A DNA stretch of 64,000 bases from the NCBI GenBank assembly GCA_951406725.2, contig OX597825.1, positions 21,762,001 through 21,826,000 on the forward strand, in the 5' to 3' direction. The stretch comes from Octopus vulgaris (taxonomy: Eukaryota). Below the pieces are notes generated by a model. It saw only the letters and a list, made by a program, of their open reading frames with translations, was not told the DNA's origin and made no database searches. Numbering within the stretch: position 1 is the stretch's first letter; each line of letters opens with the position of its first letter. This document shows, one piece after another, positions 39,901-54,024 of this stretch. The translations under genes were made by a program, and so were the position numbers.

Positions 39901-40598
39901 AGATTTAGCTTCGAATTGAATTCCTGTGTGAGCCGGTAACCGCCTGTCATCAGCAGAGCAATTATAGGGCAAATATGAGTTTTAAACCGAAGGACAAGGA
40001 GCGATGTACTAACAACATGGCATGAGTTTAGAAAAGTTCTGCTTCAGCATATGTGAAACTATCATCTCAACTTGAGAAAATAGCCAATCAAGTGGTTGGT
40101 TGCGGAAGCTTATTGAGAGAACAGTAAAGAGCACTATTGCCATCCGCAAAAGCAGCAGAGACCTTTTAGAAATGGCCTCTGAAAGTTGAGAAATTTGGAT
40201 TGCAAAGCTGCTTCAAGGCTTGAGAGTATCGGCATGTTATTCCTCCCTTGTATGTGCGCCAAGTTTTATGAATTCCTGAAAGCAGTATAATAAACTATTG
40301 TCATCTTTAACAGTCTCATCATCATGGTATGAATCTTTAAAGGCGTATCTTCTCCATCTCCTCCACTTCTTTATCTGGTAAATTTATTTTGAGGAGATGT
40401 TATCCTGATAATGTGTATTTGCAAATCTAGACAATATAGATATAATAAATTAAAGAAGTTTATCTTTCTTGATAAAGTGTAAAAAGCTCAACATAAATAC
40501 TAGAAAAAGTAATAAATATACTGAAGCTAGAGTACGGACTTATAGCGTCTCTAAAAGAAAAGCTGTTTGCTATATAGACGACATACATACAATCACAC

Positions 40599-40670
<72 letters not shown>

Positions 40671-42032
40671 GAAATAATTATACACGTATGTATGCATACT
40701 TAAAATATTTCATAGAAAATAGGCGTAAATATAGAAGAAAGCTTGAAATTATAGATTTTAATATTACCTTCAAAAACAGAAGCTGAATTCAATTGTTATT
40801 CGGTTTCGAATAAATATAAATGTTAAACAAAAACTAATCGAACTACGAATAGTCTATTGTTTCCAGTTTTCAAGAGCTTCACGTGAGAAAATGTTTGTTT
40901 TAGGTTTTATTTTGTTATTCTAGAAAAGATCTTTTACAAATGAATAGTTTTCAAGACAAAAGCTACTACTTATTAAATTGAACCGTTCTAGGTGAAATAT
41001 CGATTACCACAATGTCTTCGTTTCGATAACTTTGATTAAAATATTTTCACAGTACTAAAATAATCGTAATAAGTTCTAAAGTTCTTCCAGTCTAATTCTA
41101 TTTTGAGTACCAATAGTGGATGCTGATATTTACACAATTGTCTTTCCAAAAATAATTATTTTCTCAAATGAAGACAAAAGTCATTCAATATAAGTGTATT
41201 CATAAGGCAATCGGTTTCACCCTACGATTGGCATTTCTGTTTACGGCTACAAAATATTTCAGTTTCCAAACAATTACTGTCAATCCACAAAGCTCGTATG
41301 AGACCACAGTGGACTATTGACCCTCATCTGGAACCCTGCTGCCTGCGGTGTTTTCCTTTCGGATATATCTAGATTGTATCCAGTGAAAGACACTGGTTGA
41401 TTGATTGGCATATTAATTAAACATGGGGGTACTCTAGAACGTTGTATACAGAATTGCTGTTTCGCCCCTCTCGCTCTCTCAATCTCTCTTCCCATTTCTC
41501 TCAATAATATAATGGATTATGCTGCTTGGCACTTCTTGAAATCCTTCCATTTAAACAAACCCATCGCTTTCCATTACTTTACTCGTCATACAAACGTATG
41601 TTCAGCATCAAATGTGAATGTATTTATGTGGAACACTAATGAACCACAATGTCCCCAGTTTCGAAGGCTTTCTGAAGATCATTAGTACTGTCTCAATCAC
41701 AGCTGTGAACGTGTATGGAAAATAACACATGTGGTGTTATTCAGCAATTTCAGACGCATATACTTGCATTCAGTGATTTTCAAACAATTACTAACATGTC
41801 CTAAAAAGATAGGCCCATAACCAAATACATATATGAATACATAAATACATACATAATACATACATACCTATAGATGTATGTAATTATAAATAAATAACTA
41901 TATATCTGTGTGTGTGTTTGCGTGTGTGCCTGTGTATGCATACTGTCCGGATACTTATTGATCACACTTCCTACATAATATATTTACATACATACATTCA
42001 TTCAAACATACATACATTCATCTCTCTCTCTC

Positions 42033-42099
<67 letters not shown>

Positions 42100-42109
42100 A
42101 TATATGATA

Positions 42110-42285
42110 TAGGAGCGTGGCTTAGTGTTTGAGGTATTCGGCTCACGGTCATAAGGTCGTGAGTTCGCTTCCCAGCGACGTGTTATGTCCTTGAGCAAGA
42201 CACTTTCTTTCATGCTGCTCAAGTCCACTCATCTGGCAAAATTGAGTAGTACCTGTGTTAGAAAGAGCCAACCTTGTCACACACT
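42110..42285 (+). mobile_element. SINE family C, 3'-truncated
   Basis: GGAGCGTGGCTTAGTG...GTCCTTGAGCAAGACACTT...GTCCACTCATCTGGCAAAA. Confidence 0.85.
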
Positions 42286-43338
42286 AAATGTGTAAATAAA
42301 TATGTAAATACGCACACACACACTCACACACACATATATATATATATATATATACATATATACACATATGTATACACACACATATATATATATATATGCA
42401 CATATATATACACGTAAACGAATGTTAAGAATTTTAATATGTCGATTACGTCCATCAACATAAATGAAATGTTCTTTGCAACTGGTTTGCTTAATAGATT
42501 AATTCATTTGTTGTTATGTATATTAATATAGGAGCTTCTTCAGGTGATCCATTTTGTCCCTCTATTTTGCCTGAGGTAAATCTATGTCTTCCATTTAAAA
42601 CCCTTAGTGAACGAGACAACAAAGAATAGAACGTGTTCGTGTACTCTGTGAGTGGGAGTCAGTTTCGTATTTAGTTTCAATAAATATTGCAAATAAATCG
42701 ACAAATCCTCCTTACTCACCTTTATTCTAAGGTGTTACACTAAACCAGTTATTTATCAAGTATATTTTAAGCTCAATTCCTATATGGATTTATTCTATAA
42801 TTTTAAGTGCATAAACTGTATTACATTATAGTTTTTGCACATCACCCTATCAACACTAGGAGTACGCAATTTCATCCAACACGCTTCAGACATTACGCCT
42901 TTTATGGAACCTGGGGTATCCGATTGAATAAAGACCTTAATAACTGTGATAGCATACACAGTGTTACTTTGAACAAGAAGGACATGCGTTTCTGTTATGT
43001 TCTAGCTTTTTTAGATATTCTGTTTGCCCTACTTCTAACTAAACATGAATGGGTCTTTTTAAAAGTTTGCACTACAGCAGAGTATGTATTTAATATACGT
43101 TGAATTTTCGCTGCCCAAAAGGCCAATTCTCATGTCGGGGTTACCTGTAAATATTTATCCATGCTTCTGCTTTATGCATCAGAAAAAAAACACACAGAGA
43201 TTAATGTAGTACATGATGTTTTCGAGGATTAACAGTTCCTGGTTCTTATTGTTGCATCCATTTCGTATCGTTTCCGTGAGCCTTGATCATTGACTTCAAA
43301 TTTATCCACTCACCTGCATATATACATACATACTTACA

Positions 43339-43443
43339 TGTGCTGAGTTTGATTTGAGAACATAATCTTTTGTGGAGAATGGCGATTTGACGTCTATATC
43401 TAGCATGTTGACTGTCCACTTTTCGTGTTCAGTCCTTAATTGG

Positions 43444-43481
<38 letters not shown>

Positions 43482-43860
43482 TGGAAAAAAGTCAAGGTAG
43501 AAAATGTTAAAATAATTTTAGAAAAAAACCTTTCAGTACCGGTTTCAGTCATTGAGACTTTTTCAATTGTAAGTATGTAAAACAATTAAATTTTGGAAAA
43601 ATTAACAGAAATATCTTTTAAAAGAATATTTGCATAGTATCCAAATACTGTTATTTCCGTATATTTCCACTTGTTTATTGCTTTGGTTTTGTGCTGAGTT
43701 TGATTTGAGAACATAATCTTTTGTGGAGAATAGCGATTTGACGTCTATATCTAGCATGTTGACTGTCCACTTTTCGTGTTCAGTCCTTAATTGGTATATA
43801 TAAATATTTTAATCTTCGGATTCTTTTTTAATATGCTAGACCACTGGTTTTAATTGATAA
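43339..43860 (-). mobile_element. Penelope-type partial tandem: 108-bp direct repeat (43339-43446, 43690-43797) with a hammerhead-like motif at 43534-43569
   Basis: Repeat copies differ at one base. Minus strand reads TTGAAAA AGTC TCAAT GACT GAAA CCGG TA CTG. Confidence 0.55.
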
Positions 43861-43904
43861 ATATCAATTTCTACTCTTAATTAATTTTATATATATATAT
43901 ATAT

Positions 43905-43972
<68 letters not shown>

Positions 43973-44311
43973 ATATATGTGTGAATTCCAATGAGGATTC
44001 CGATAGAATCAGGTACTTGAAAATTTATGCGCTAACTAAGGTTGAGAAATGTCTATGGTTCCGGTATATGGTTATGAGTCGAAATATCCGATAGAATATT
44101 TGGGTTCTAAACACAAAGAAAACCAAATCTATGAGTATTTCGCGACTAAGCGGCTGGTCCAAATTACGCGAAACTTTGTAGTACGTTGTTGTTATATTTT
44201 TGGGTGTCGTATTTTGCTTGGTGTATTGCAATTAAATATATAACATGCAATTATCAATCGTAAGTTATTATTCATTTGATATATATATATATATATATAT
44301 GTATATGTATA

Positions 44312-44605
44312 ACTCAGTGGTTATGGCAGCGGACTCGCGGGCGTAGGGTCGCAGTTTCGGTTCCCAGACCGGTCGTTGTGAGAGTTTATTGAGCGAAAAC
44401 ACCTAAAACTTCACGAGGGTCCGGCAGTGGGTGGTGGCGATCCCTGCTGTACTCTTTCGCCACAACTTTCTCTCACTCTTTCTTCTGTAGGCCTGCTCGC
44501 TTAGCCAGCGGGGTGGCGTCGTTTGAAAGCTAAAACAATTCGAAGCGCATAGTGACCAGCGATGTATAGCAACATTTGATAGCCTGGGGGGTTACGTGAT
44601 GGTGA
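44312..44605 (+). mobile_element. SINE family C variant with RTE-like 3' tail
   Basis: CAGTGGTTATGGCAGCGGACTCGCGG head. Tail GTGACCAGCGATGT...GATAGCCTGG...GTGATGGTGAT. Confidence 0.8.
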
Positions 44606-44606
44606 T

Positions 44607-44667
<61 letters not shown>

Positions 44668-45786
44668 TGCCAATATTTATCATAAGATTATAAGCATTTA
44701 TTTGTAACTGCCTTCTCTAACACCAGTAGGCATTATTTATATGAATCACATTCGCAGAACAGATTAATTTCAAACTCTTTTTCACAATGCAATATTTTCT
44801 TAACCCTATCAAACATATATTCTTTCTAGAATATAAGACTGGTTCAATGATGTACTACGACTCGTACTTTTCCCGAAGACAGGTGATGGTCAGTTTAGAA
44901 ATCTTTCTGGAAGTGTGTAGCGATAACTTTCTGGAAATGTATCGCATCAACCCATAAGACATTTGAGCTGAATACTTCAATGCATCAGAACCATTGTTCA
45001 AACACAAGTTCAAAGAAATTCTTTGTTCTGACATTGTTGCTGTTTTAACTATTTTCGTTTCATTACACATATTATTTTATATACTTTATGAGGGTTCTGA
45101 GAAAAAACTACCGGATTCAAAAGCCACGCACCCTGCATATAGATATGTATTTTGCGCATTATTAATACAGACAAATATTCCGTAAAACAGCAGCCCTTAT
45201 CACAGGAAAATGCACGAATTTACGATGATTTTAAGTGTATCATGAGCCTCTTAGCTAACAACATTGGTTAATAGACCTAGAGCCAACTTCCCTTCAGATA
45301 AATTTGTATTTTGCGTTTAGACAAAAGATACCAGTTATTATGTAGATATACGTTCTTCCTCATTGGAAAATGTAGGAAAATGTGATTTGATTCTAATTTA
45401 ACAATCCTTGGTTGTTATATGCTTCTTTGAGTTGCTTCTTCGCATATCACGATATGACATGATGCAATCAGTTACGGCAGCAATTTCTTGTAAATATATA
45501 AAAACCAGCGAACAAGTAATCATTTAATATTTAGTGGAAAATTACTGACGCATAAATGATACAACTGGGAAGTTCTTAATACCGAATTCACTATCTCTCT
45601 CCATATGTATTTAGCAGTTAATTATATAAATGTTCGTGCCAATATAATTCATAGATAATAAGTGAAGAAATAAATAAAGGTAAATGATATGAAACAATAT
45701 TAACTCTGCTGTGACTAATTCTATTAACTACGTTATAGAAATCATCTAATGTATGCCATCTATGCAGAAAGATTATTGACGAGATA

Positions 45787-46365
45787 TTGGGTTGTCCGGA
45801 ATGCTCGTGCCGATTTTTAAAGAAAAGAAAAATGTCGATAAATACTTGCCATTACCCAAGCTTTGCTAGGGGTTTATGAACGATGGATTTTGATAGGTTG
45901 AGGCATTCTGCCAATTCTCGGGTTGTGCAACGTGGGTTATTCTCAATTAATGACTTGGTTTGGTAATCATCTGTAGTGGATGATCTGCCTGATCGCTCTT
46001 TATCAATAAGGCTACAATCTCCAGCTCGAAAGCTTGCGTAACGCTTCCTTCCGTACAGTTCTTTCGGATAAAGAAAACATCACCGCAAACTGTGCATATT
46101 TCTTTGGTTGCTTTAGAGGCATTTTTCCCTTTACAGAAAAAGAAAAGCATCAAGTGCCGAAAAGGAACTTTTTTATCTTCCATTTTAAAGGGTTCCAGAA
46201 TTATCACAGGTTATAGGAACATAAATCTTCTTCCACGAAAAGATAGCTTCAACTGCGCTCTAAATGAAGGTCTAGTCAAATCCTATTTTATGGACGAAAA
46301 CATGTTCCAAAATAAGTCAAAAGGTAAGCTACTAGAAATTGGCACGAACTTTCCGGACAACGCAA
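45787..46365 (-). mobile_element. Internally deleted mariner element with both TIRs
   Basis: TA|TTGGGTTGTCCGGAATGCTCGTGCCGATTT ... AAATTGGCACGAACTTTCCGGACAACGCAA|TA. Minus-strand ORF MEDKKVPFRHLMLFFFCKGKNASKATKEICTVCGD is a mariner N-terminal HTH. Confidence 0.9.
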
Positions 46366-46732
46366 TATGCTACAAAAAATAAATGACCGAAGAGAGAAAA
46401 AATGAGGCGCAAGGAACAAGAATTTACGCATGTATGACAGTATTATATTTAAAATATATGCGTAGTAATAGTTACTAATCCACTGAGTTTCCATCCCATC
46501 CTACATCCATCTCCACACATAATTAGTAAACTGATAGATATTGGATGTAATATAAAAGAAGGCAATAGCATTGTCCTCTTCTGACATCGCTTTTATAGAG
46601 AAAGCTTTAAATTTGCAGACCACTAGACATAGAGGGATGCGAGTTTAAGGTATTGAGAAGAATTCAGATATGCGTGGTGTGAGCATTTGCATACTCAAAT
46701 ACTGAAAGGAGAGAAAGAAAAATCATTTTGCT

Positions 46733-47006
46733 CGCAATTCTCCTATAAAACATCCGCATATCACCTCACCACTTTCAAAAAGCTAAAATCCCCCAAAGCT
46801 TTTTGAAAAGCGGGGATGTTTCTTCAGAAATAATGCCTCTTGTTCCTAGCATGTCGGGTTTTCTAGTAGTGGTCTAGTATTTTTTACGTCTGCTATTTCA
46901 GTATAATTCTATGTATGCGTGAAACATCAGTCGAAAGTGAAACATTGGGAGATTTAGCTTTTTGAAATGTAGGTGATGAGTGAGTGAAAATGGTGGGAGA
47001 AATAGC
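46733..47006. repeat. MITE-like imperfect inverted repeat
   Basis: TTTCAAAAAGCTAAAATCCCCCAA (about 46773-46796) pairs with TTGGGAGATTTAGCTTTTTGAAA (46945-46967); weaker pairing continues outward. Confidence 0.6.
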
Positions 47007-47092
47007 ATTGAGTGCTTTTTAAGAAAATTGTTTAAAAACAATGTATGTTTTCCAGATTCGTGATCTCTGTATGTTTCTAAGAGTATTACAAA

Positions 47093-47093
47093 C

Positions 47094-47144
<51 letters not shown>

Positions 47145-47161
47145 TAATAATAATAATAATG

Positions 47162-47215
<54 letters not shown>
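47093..47215. repeat. (TAA)n microsatellite
   Basis: Directly visible. Confidence 0.95.
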
Positions 47216-47218
<3 letters not shown>

Positions 47219-49258
47219 GTGTTACAAATTAAGAAATTGCAGTGGGGACGGGAGGAAACTGAAATTAGCATAAGTATATATATATTATAATTAATATAGT
47301 ATAATAGAGATATAATGGATTTAGCATACTCTAGAATGGCTACGCAGGAGAAAGTAGACAAATGCAAATACACATTTGTCATCCTATTGGGAAACAGTTA
47401 ACCAAAAGCGTATTCCTTGATTTCGTTTTTCTCCTATCAGTAACTAGGTTCAAGGTGTGTCATTGAAGGCAGGTAACCCAAGTAATGATGAAAGCACCAG
47501 TGATACTTTTTCCATCACGGTGAGGGTTTATGATCATGTTTTAAGTATTCATAGATATATGCGCGTCACTTGGTTCATGTAGAACTGACGAGATTTGTAC
47601 TAACGCACTCTTCTGAGACTTTCGCTTTCAACGTTTCCGCAGCGTCTATTTAAATTTGGAATTCAATCATACTCACCTATTTTATTCTTTGCAATGCAAC
47701 AACTCAGTCATTTGTATGGATCTGTTCTATGATTCACTTTCCCATTTGTAAAATATGACAGTGTAACACTTTTAGTAACTTGGAAATAACGTAAAACCCA
47801 AGTAAATATAAATATCGTACTCACTGCATTCACTGTCTAAAAGGGAGACAACTCCCACTGCTTTCAGACGGTGATTTACCTCCATTGAACCTCGCATCTT
47901 TTGCACTATGCTCCCTTTCTTACCCCTGACATTGACATTGCTCCATCTTTTTAAGCTGCCGTAACCAGGTTCTAACTATTCCTGACAGACTATCTCCATA
48001 ATCTCCCACAGCTTCCGTTACGTTTCCCCTTTCAGTACATCTGGTTTCGAATTTCTGCCATCCTTTGCGGCCATGGCGTTTCTGATTACCTCCTCTTTAA
48101 AGAACAGTGAACTCATTGCTCTCACTTTTGTTTCTTGTGAGTAATTAATTACAACGTATGGTTTGTACATACAGTTATTTATATTCTGAACAAAATAAAA
48201 ATATCTTTGCAAATGCTGGAACACACTGCTTGCGTATATCCAGAGAAAATTAAACCTTTTCTAATTGCGGATGTGGTTTTTACCCTGGCAGATAATATAA
48301 TTTTATGTCTAAAAATGAAATTAATGAAAGTTAGAAACTACCACATAGAGGAGATTTCCGGTATGAGATCTTCTCTCTTTTATTTTCAAATATTTTAGTG
48401 CAAAAGCAGTTCTTATGGAATCTTACATTTTAAATATGCCTTTACATTACGTCTAAAAGAAAGATGACTATTCATTATAATCACCCTCTAACTATATAAA
48501 ACACACTTGATAGACCCCTGTCGATTTAAGTTATATTACTTTGTTGTTTCGGCGTATTAATAATGAACATGGTATTTGTGAACACAGCGATAATCAGAAT
48601 GTATAAAAATCTTATCAAATATGGAAATATCATTTTGCCTTTGTCCTTTCAATAAGGATCGAAATTAATTTCTTGTTACCAATTGACTGTAAACAAGTCT
48701 TTAATTAGTATCTGACAAGGACTGCAAAATTTTGCAATGCAATATCTTGAAGTATCAATTTAGCAGCTGAAATTCTCTCCCTCTCTCTCTCTTTCATTTT
48801 CTCTATCTCTGACTGTCTTTCTCACATTTCAAGGTTGATGATGACATCCTTGCAAGAATTACTGACATTTATGCTAATACATAGCGATAATTCTGTGGAT
48901 TAAGGAAAGAATGCAGGATGCGTAAGAGAGAAAGACTGAAGTAAATTTTGCTATTTGGACAAACACTGGCCACTTACACATGTTTAAGGAGATTCTCTTT
49001 ACGTGACGTCCTAAAGCGAGGATCCATTGTTTAATAATGTCCCGAGGATGCTAATATTCAGCTATATGTTAACATATTCTATATACCTATTATAGCATCG
49101 CAAATATATTCGGCATATGCCTTCTATATAACAATACTTATAAGAATAGCAATTAAATATCCATTATTATTAATTTCTCTTCTAATGAATACTATATATA
49201 TGTGTATGTGTGTGTGTGAACTATATGTGTGTGTATATTTATATTATATATATAACTG

Positions 49259-49310
<52 letters not shown>

Positions 49311-49326
49311 TATATATATATATAAG

Positions 49327-49545
49327 GGCGGCGAGCTGGCAGAAACGTTAGCGCGCCGGGCGAAATGCGTAGCTGTATTTCGTCTGCCGTTACCTTCTGG
49401 GTTCAAATTCAGCCGAGGTCAACTTTGCCTTTCATCCTTTCGGGGTCGATAAATTAAGTACCTGTTACGCACTGGGGTCGATGTAATCGACTCAACCCGT
49501 TTGTCTGTCCTCTCTATGTTTAGCCCCTTGTGGGTAGTAAAGAAA
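49327..49545 (+). mobile_element. SINE family A, full length
   Basis: GGCGGCGAGCTGGCAGAAACGTTAGC through TTTAGCCCCTTGTGGGTAGTAAAGAAA. Confidence 0.9.
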
Positions 49546-50096
49546 TATATATATATATATATATATACATACATACATACATGAACGGACATGCACGTGT
49601 ATACACAAATGCATGTTCATTAATATGTACGATGCATGCAAACATACATGCACTCATATGTATTAGCGTGCGCAGGCATATGCGCGCACGAGTGATTATA
49701 TATGCGTGTAAGAAGCGTTGTGGTAAGCGTTGGGAATTGACAAGCGTTGGCATTGGTAACCGTTGGCGATTGGTAAGTGCTGGGAACTGGTAATTGGCTG
49801 CCCTGATCATGGTGATGTTTGGTGACGGTAACCTTGGTGCAGAATAGTAATTGAAGAGCGATTTGTTAATTAACGACAAGAAGCACATAGCTACGTTGGT
49901 GGTAACTTCTAAGTTGAAAGTGGGGTTATACCATATAATTTTCCTTACTCGCCTTCACCCAACTACACAAAAGTCAAAATGAAATGCATATTGTATGCTT
50001 AAATGAAAATAGCATATATCCATATTGATAGAAAATGTTGTCTAGATAATTAGCTATCGTATGTGGTGGATATTCATTTGATTATTATCTGTGAAG

Positions 50097-50340
50097 TGGA
50101 GGCGCGTGGCTTAGTGTTTAGGGTGTCAGCATCATGCTCGAAAGATTGTGGTTTTGATTCCTGGACCGGGCGACGCGTTGTGTTCTTAAGCAAAACACTT
50201 CATTTGACGTCGCTCCAGTCCACTCAGCTGGCAAAAATGAGTAACGCTTCGATGGACTGGCGTCCCGTCCATCTGGGGAACACATACGCCATAGAAACCG
50301 GGAAACCAGGCCCATGATCCTGGTTAGGCTTTAAAAGGGA
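50097..50340 (+). mobile_element. SINE family C
   Basis: Close match to 62955-63200 over its whole length. Confidence 0.9.
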
Positions 50341-51093
50341 GAATATATTTATTTAATAATCTGTGAAAGGGTTGTATTTTGTTTGTGTATGCGTGCTGCT
50401 CCATAGATGTCAGATATGTGACGTGGTAAATTCTATAAGTAACGTACTCTTGTTTGTCAGCTTATTTCGAATTAATATATTTAGGATAACTTTTTTACTC
50501 GGGTGATACTATCTGAATTTTTAGAAACACCCCCATCTTTTTCGTCATGAAGAAAGTCTTACTTTGCAAAATGTTCTTCTTAGGCAAAGATTACAGATAT
50601 ATTACTTTTGTTACCATTACATATTCTTGTGCTGTAATTGTGTTTTAAATATTGTGTAAGTTGCGTAAGCTTCGTGTCGGGTATAGGTTTCTTAAAATGT
50701 GTGACATTTATACTTCCAAGTAAACTTCGAAGTTCATAATCTATTTTTAAAATGGTTATGTTAATGAAATATTCTACAATATCTTAGACAACATTATTTC
50801 CAATAAACCGGTCTGTTTTAGTCTTTTATCTTTAAAAAGTAGAAGCTGGCGCCAAGACTCAGGAGTATAATTTGGTGGGGAAAAAGTATTTTATGTAGAA
50901 AAATTTAATTACTCTGCGCGCAACAGTGAGCCATATTCGCAGAATATGCCTACACTGTATAAATTACTGTCATACTTTCACAATACACACATACATATAC
51001 ACATGCATACATACATGCATATACACATATATAACATATACATACATATGTCACACACACACAAACACATATGTACATATGTATATATATATA

Positions 51094-52175
51094 CTTCCAT
51101 CCACTAAAAAACACACTGACTCACACTCCCACCATAACTTCTCCTCCCACCCTATCCACACCAAGCTCTCCATCCCCTACCAATCTTTCGTCTACGCAGG
51201 CTATGCTGTTACGACCATGACTTTGAGACTTAGTCTCAACTCATGGCTCCGACGCGGATATTCCCCCACCATCATCCACACTGTCCTTGCCCGGGCACGA
51301 TATGTGGACTGTGCCTGTGCTCTTTCTCCTCGCATCCTATCCATCTTTACCCATCTCCCATTTCTCCTCACCTGCCATTCCTCCAACCTACCCCTCCGAC
51401 GCACCATTCTTCGAGCCTTCCGGCGATTCCAGTCCGACACCTCCACCTCGCACATCGTACCTTACTTACCCCTTCCCTCCTTCAAACGAGCCCAAAACCT
51501 GCGTGAACTCCTGGTGCACGGTTTCTTCCCTACTCCCGCCTGCCAACCTACCTCCTTCCCCTGCACCTGTCCTCACTGTCGCAGCTGCCTGTACCCCTGT
51601 AACACCACCATTATCACAGACACCCATCACTTCCTTATCAGTCACTGATTCCTTTACCTGTACCTCTAGTGATGTTATTTGCTGCATAATTTGTTCTGTC
51701 GCTCCTTCCCTATTCATTGGTCAAACTGGACGCAGCTTGGCTGACCGGTTCGTGCAGCTCCTCCGAGATAGACTCGGCAATGATACTCCGGTCTCGTACC
51801 ATTTCCGCTGTACTGGTCATTCGCTACAACGTCTATCTGTGTTTGGACTATCCTTATACAAGACCATCCGGTGACCCACTTTCTCCGTGAACAGGAATTA
51901 ATCATTGACCACCTCAAGTTATTGGGATCAACATTATCCCCTTTTCGTTCAACTTCTGTTATTATCTCCCTTTTATTTTACCTCTTTTTTCCATTCATCG
52001 TTATATTGAACCGCTCAACCCAAGACGTTGTTGTTCCTTCGCTCTCTATGTATTTCCTCTTATTCCTTTCTGACGAAGAGCAAATGCTTGTAACATAAAA
52101 TACGTTTCCATTTTTCCGAGCATCAAATATATTGCTTCTTGTTCCCACTCGTCTTCGTCTTTTGTTTTGATATAT
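51094..52175 (+). mobile_element. 5'-truncated Penelope-like element: RT C-terminus, GIY-YIG endonuclease pseudogene and terminal repeat with decayed hammerhead
   Basis: Translations include HPIHTKLSIPY, LRRGY, PSFKRAQNLRELLVH, C-x-x-x-x-C-x-x-C linker and FTCTSSDVICCIICSVAPSLFIGQTGRSLADRF...PVSYHF, with frameshifts. CTGACGAAGAGC at 52070. Confidence 0.9.
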
Positions 52176-52187
52176 ATTTGAACTATA

Positions 52188-52615
52188 GGCGCAGGAGTGG
52201 CTGTGTGGTAAGTAGCTTGCTAACCAGCCACATGGTTCCGAGTTCAGTCCCACTGCGTGGCATCTTGGGCAAGTGTCTTCTGCTATAGCCCTGGGCCAAC
52301 CAATGCCTTGTGAGTGGATTTGGTAGACGGAAACTGAAAGAAGCCTGTCGTATATATGTATATATATATATATATATATGTATGTGTATATGTGTTTGTG
52401 TGTGTGTGTGTCCCCCGAGCATTGCTTGACAATCGATGCTGGTGTGTTTACGTCCCCGTTACTTAGCGGTTCGGCAAAAGACACCGATAGAATAAGTACT
52501 GGGCTTACAAAGAATAAGTTCTGGGGTCGATTTGCTCAACTAAAAAGGCGGTGCTCCAGCATGGCCGCAGTCAAATGACTGAAACAAGTAAAAGAGTAAA
52601 AGAGTAAAAAGAGAG
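52188..52615 (+). mobile_element. SINE family B, full length
   Basis: Complete consensus with (GAGTAAAA)n tail. Confidence 0.92.
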
Positions 52616-53254
52616 TATATATTTGTGAGTGTGTGTGTGTGTTTGTGTACGCGCGCGTATGTGTGTGTGTATGTATGTATCAACAATTTCACAATAAACT
52701 TAAAAATTATAGAATATTCTTTTGCAGTTGCTTCTTATAAATTTACAAGCGGCATCGATATTTCGGGCTGTTAGACGTTCTCGGACAGTCCGGCAAGGGC
52801 TAGTAGAGCGAAACCGCCAGATCACTGTCTAGTAAATGTATGATATTATCAAGAACTCGCTACATATTGTGTAACATTTCTTACGAACTTATTATTCTTA
52901 TTATTCTTTAACCATAGAATTTCGTCCTATAAGTTCCTTATAACCTGAGTTGACGTGTGTAGTTTTGGTTCGATTATTTTCTTCCGATATTCTCTCATGC
53001 ATATCGTGATGTTTGTTGCTAAGCCGTGTAGATATATCAATGTATATTTGAAGAACAGCTTTTTAGTTAGACATGTTGTCTGCAGATGAGATTACGAAGA
53101 TCTAGGAAAGTTGATGGATAATTTTGGAAAAGTCATTTGGAATTATGAAAAATTCTTGATGAACTGAATAAAAGAAAACATAGCATACAACAGAGGAATC
53201 AGAATAGTCTGAAAACTGTTCCCTATATTCCCAATATACATACATACATTCATT

Positions 53255-53370
53255 CATACATACATACATACATACATACATACATACATACATACATACA
53301 TACATACATACATACATACATACATACATACATACATACATACATACATACATACATACATACATACATA
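53255..53370. repeat. (TACA)n microsatellite
   Basis: Directly visible. Confidence 0.95.
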
Positions 53371-53446
53371 CACATATATGCGTGTGTGAGCGTGTACGTG
53401 AGTGCATGTGAGTGTGTATATGTATGTATATGTATATATACATATA

Positions 53447-53483
<37 letters not shown>

Positions 53484-53965
53484 GTGTGTGTGAGTGTGTG
53501 TGCACGCGCGCATTTATCTCTGTCTATGTACCCCTCGGACGTGCGCATACACATACATGTACACACATACTCACATTCACACATTCCAGTTTTTAGACTG
53601 GCAACAACGGTAGTTTGCTTATGATAAAATGCGACAGGTTCAACGTCAAAATGGCAACGACTCATGATTACAATTTACCTGTTGTTGCATCCATTGTAGA
53701 ATTGTCCAGGCAGGTGTTTGGCCCGGTATTTCCGTTTACAGAAAGAAACCATAGAAATTACTGATACCAACGTGGTTTTTCCGTTTCCTCTATATTCTCA
53801 ACTCGTTTTCCTTTCATCACGTTTCTTTACTCAGAAAATGATCAATTAATTTGTGTCTCGTATCTTTTTGTTTTTTTCTTCTCTCTTTCGCTTTCACTTC
53901 GCTATTTGACTCTCGCGTACTCTGTCATTTACTCTCTGTCTGCCTGTATGTCTGTCTCTTTCTTT

Positions 53966-54008
<43 letters not shown>

Positions 54009-54024
54009 GTATATATAACTGCGG

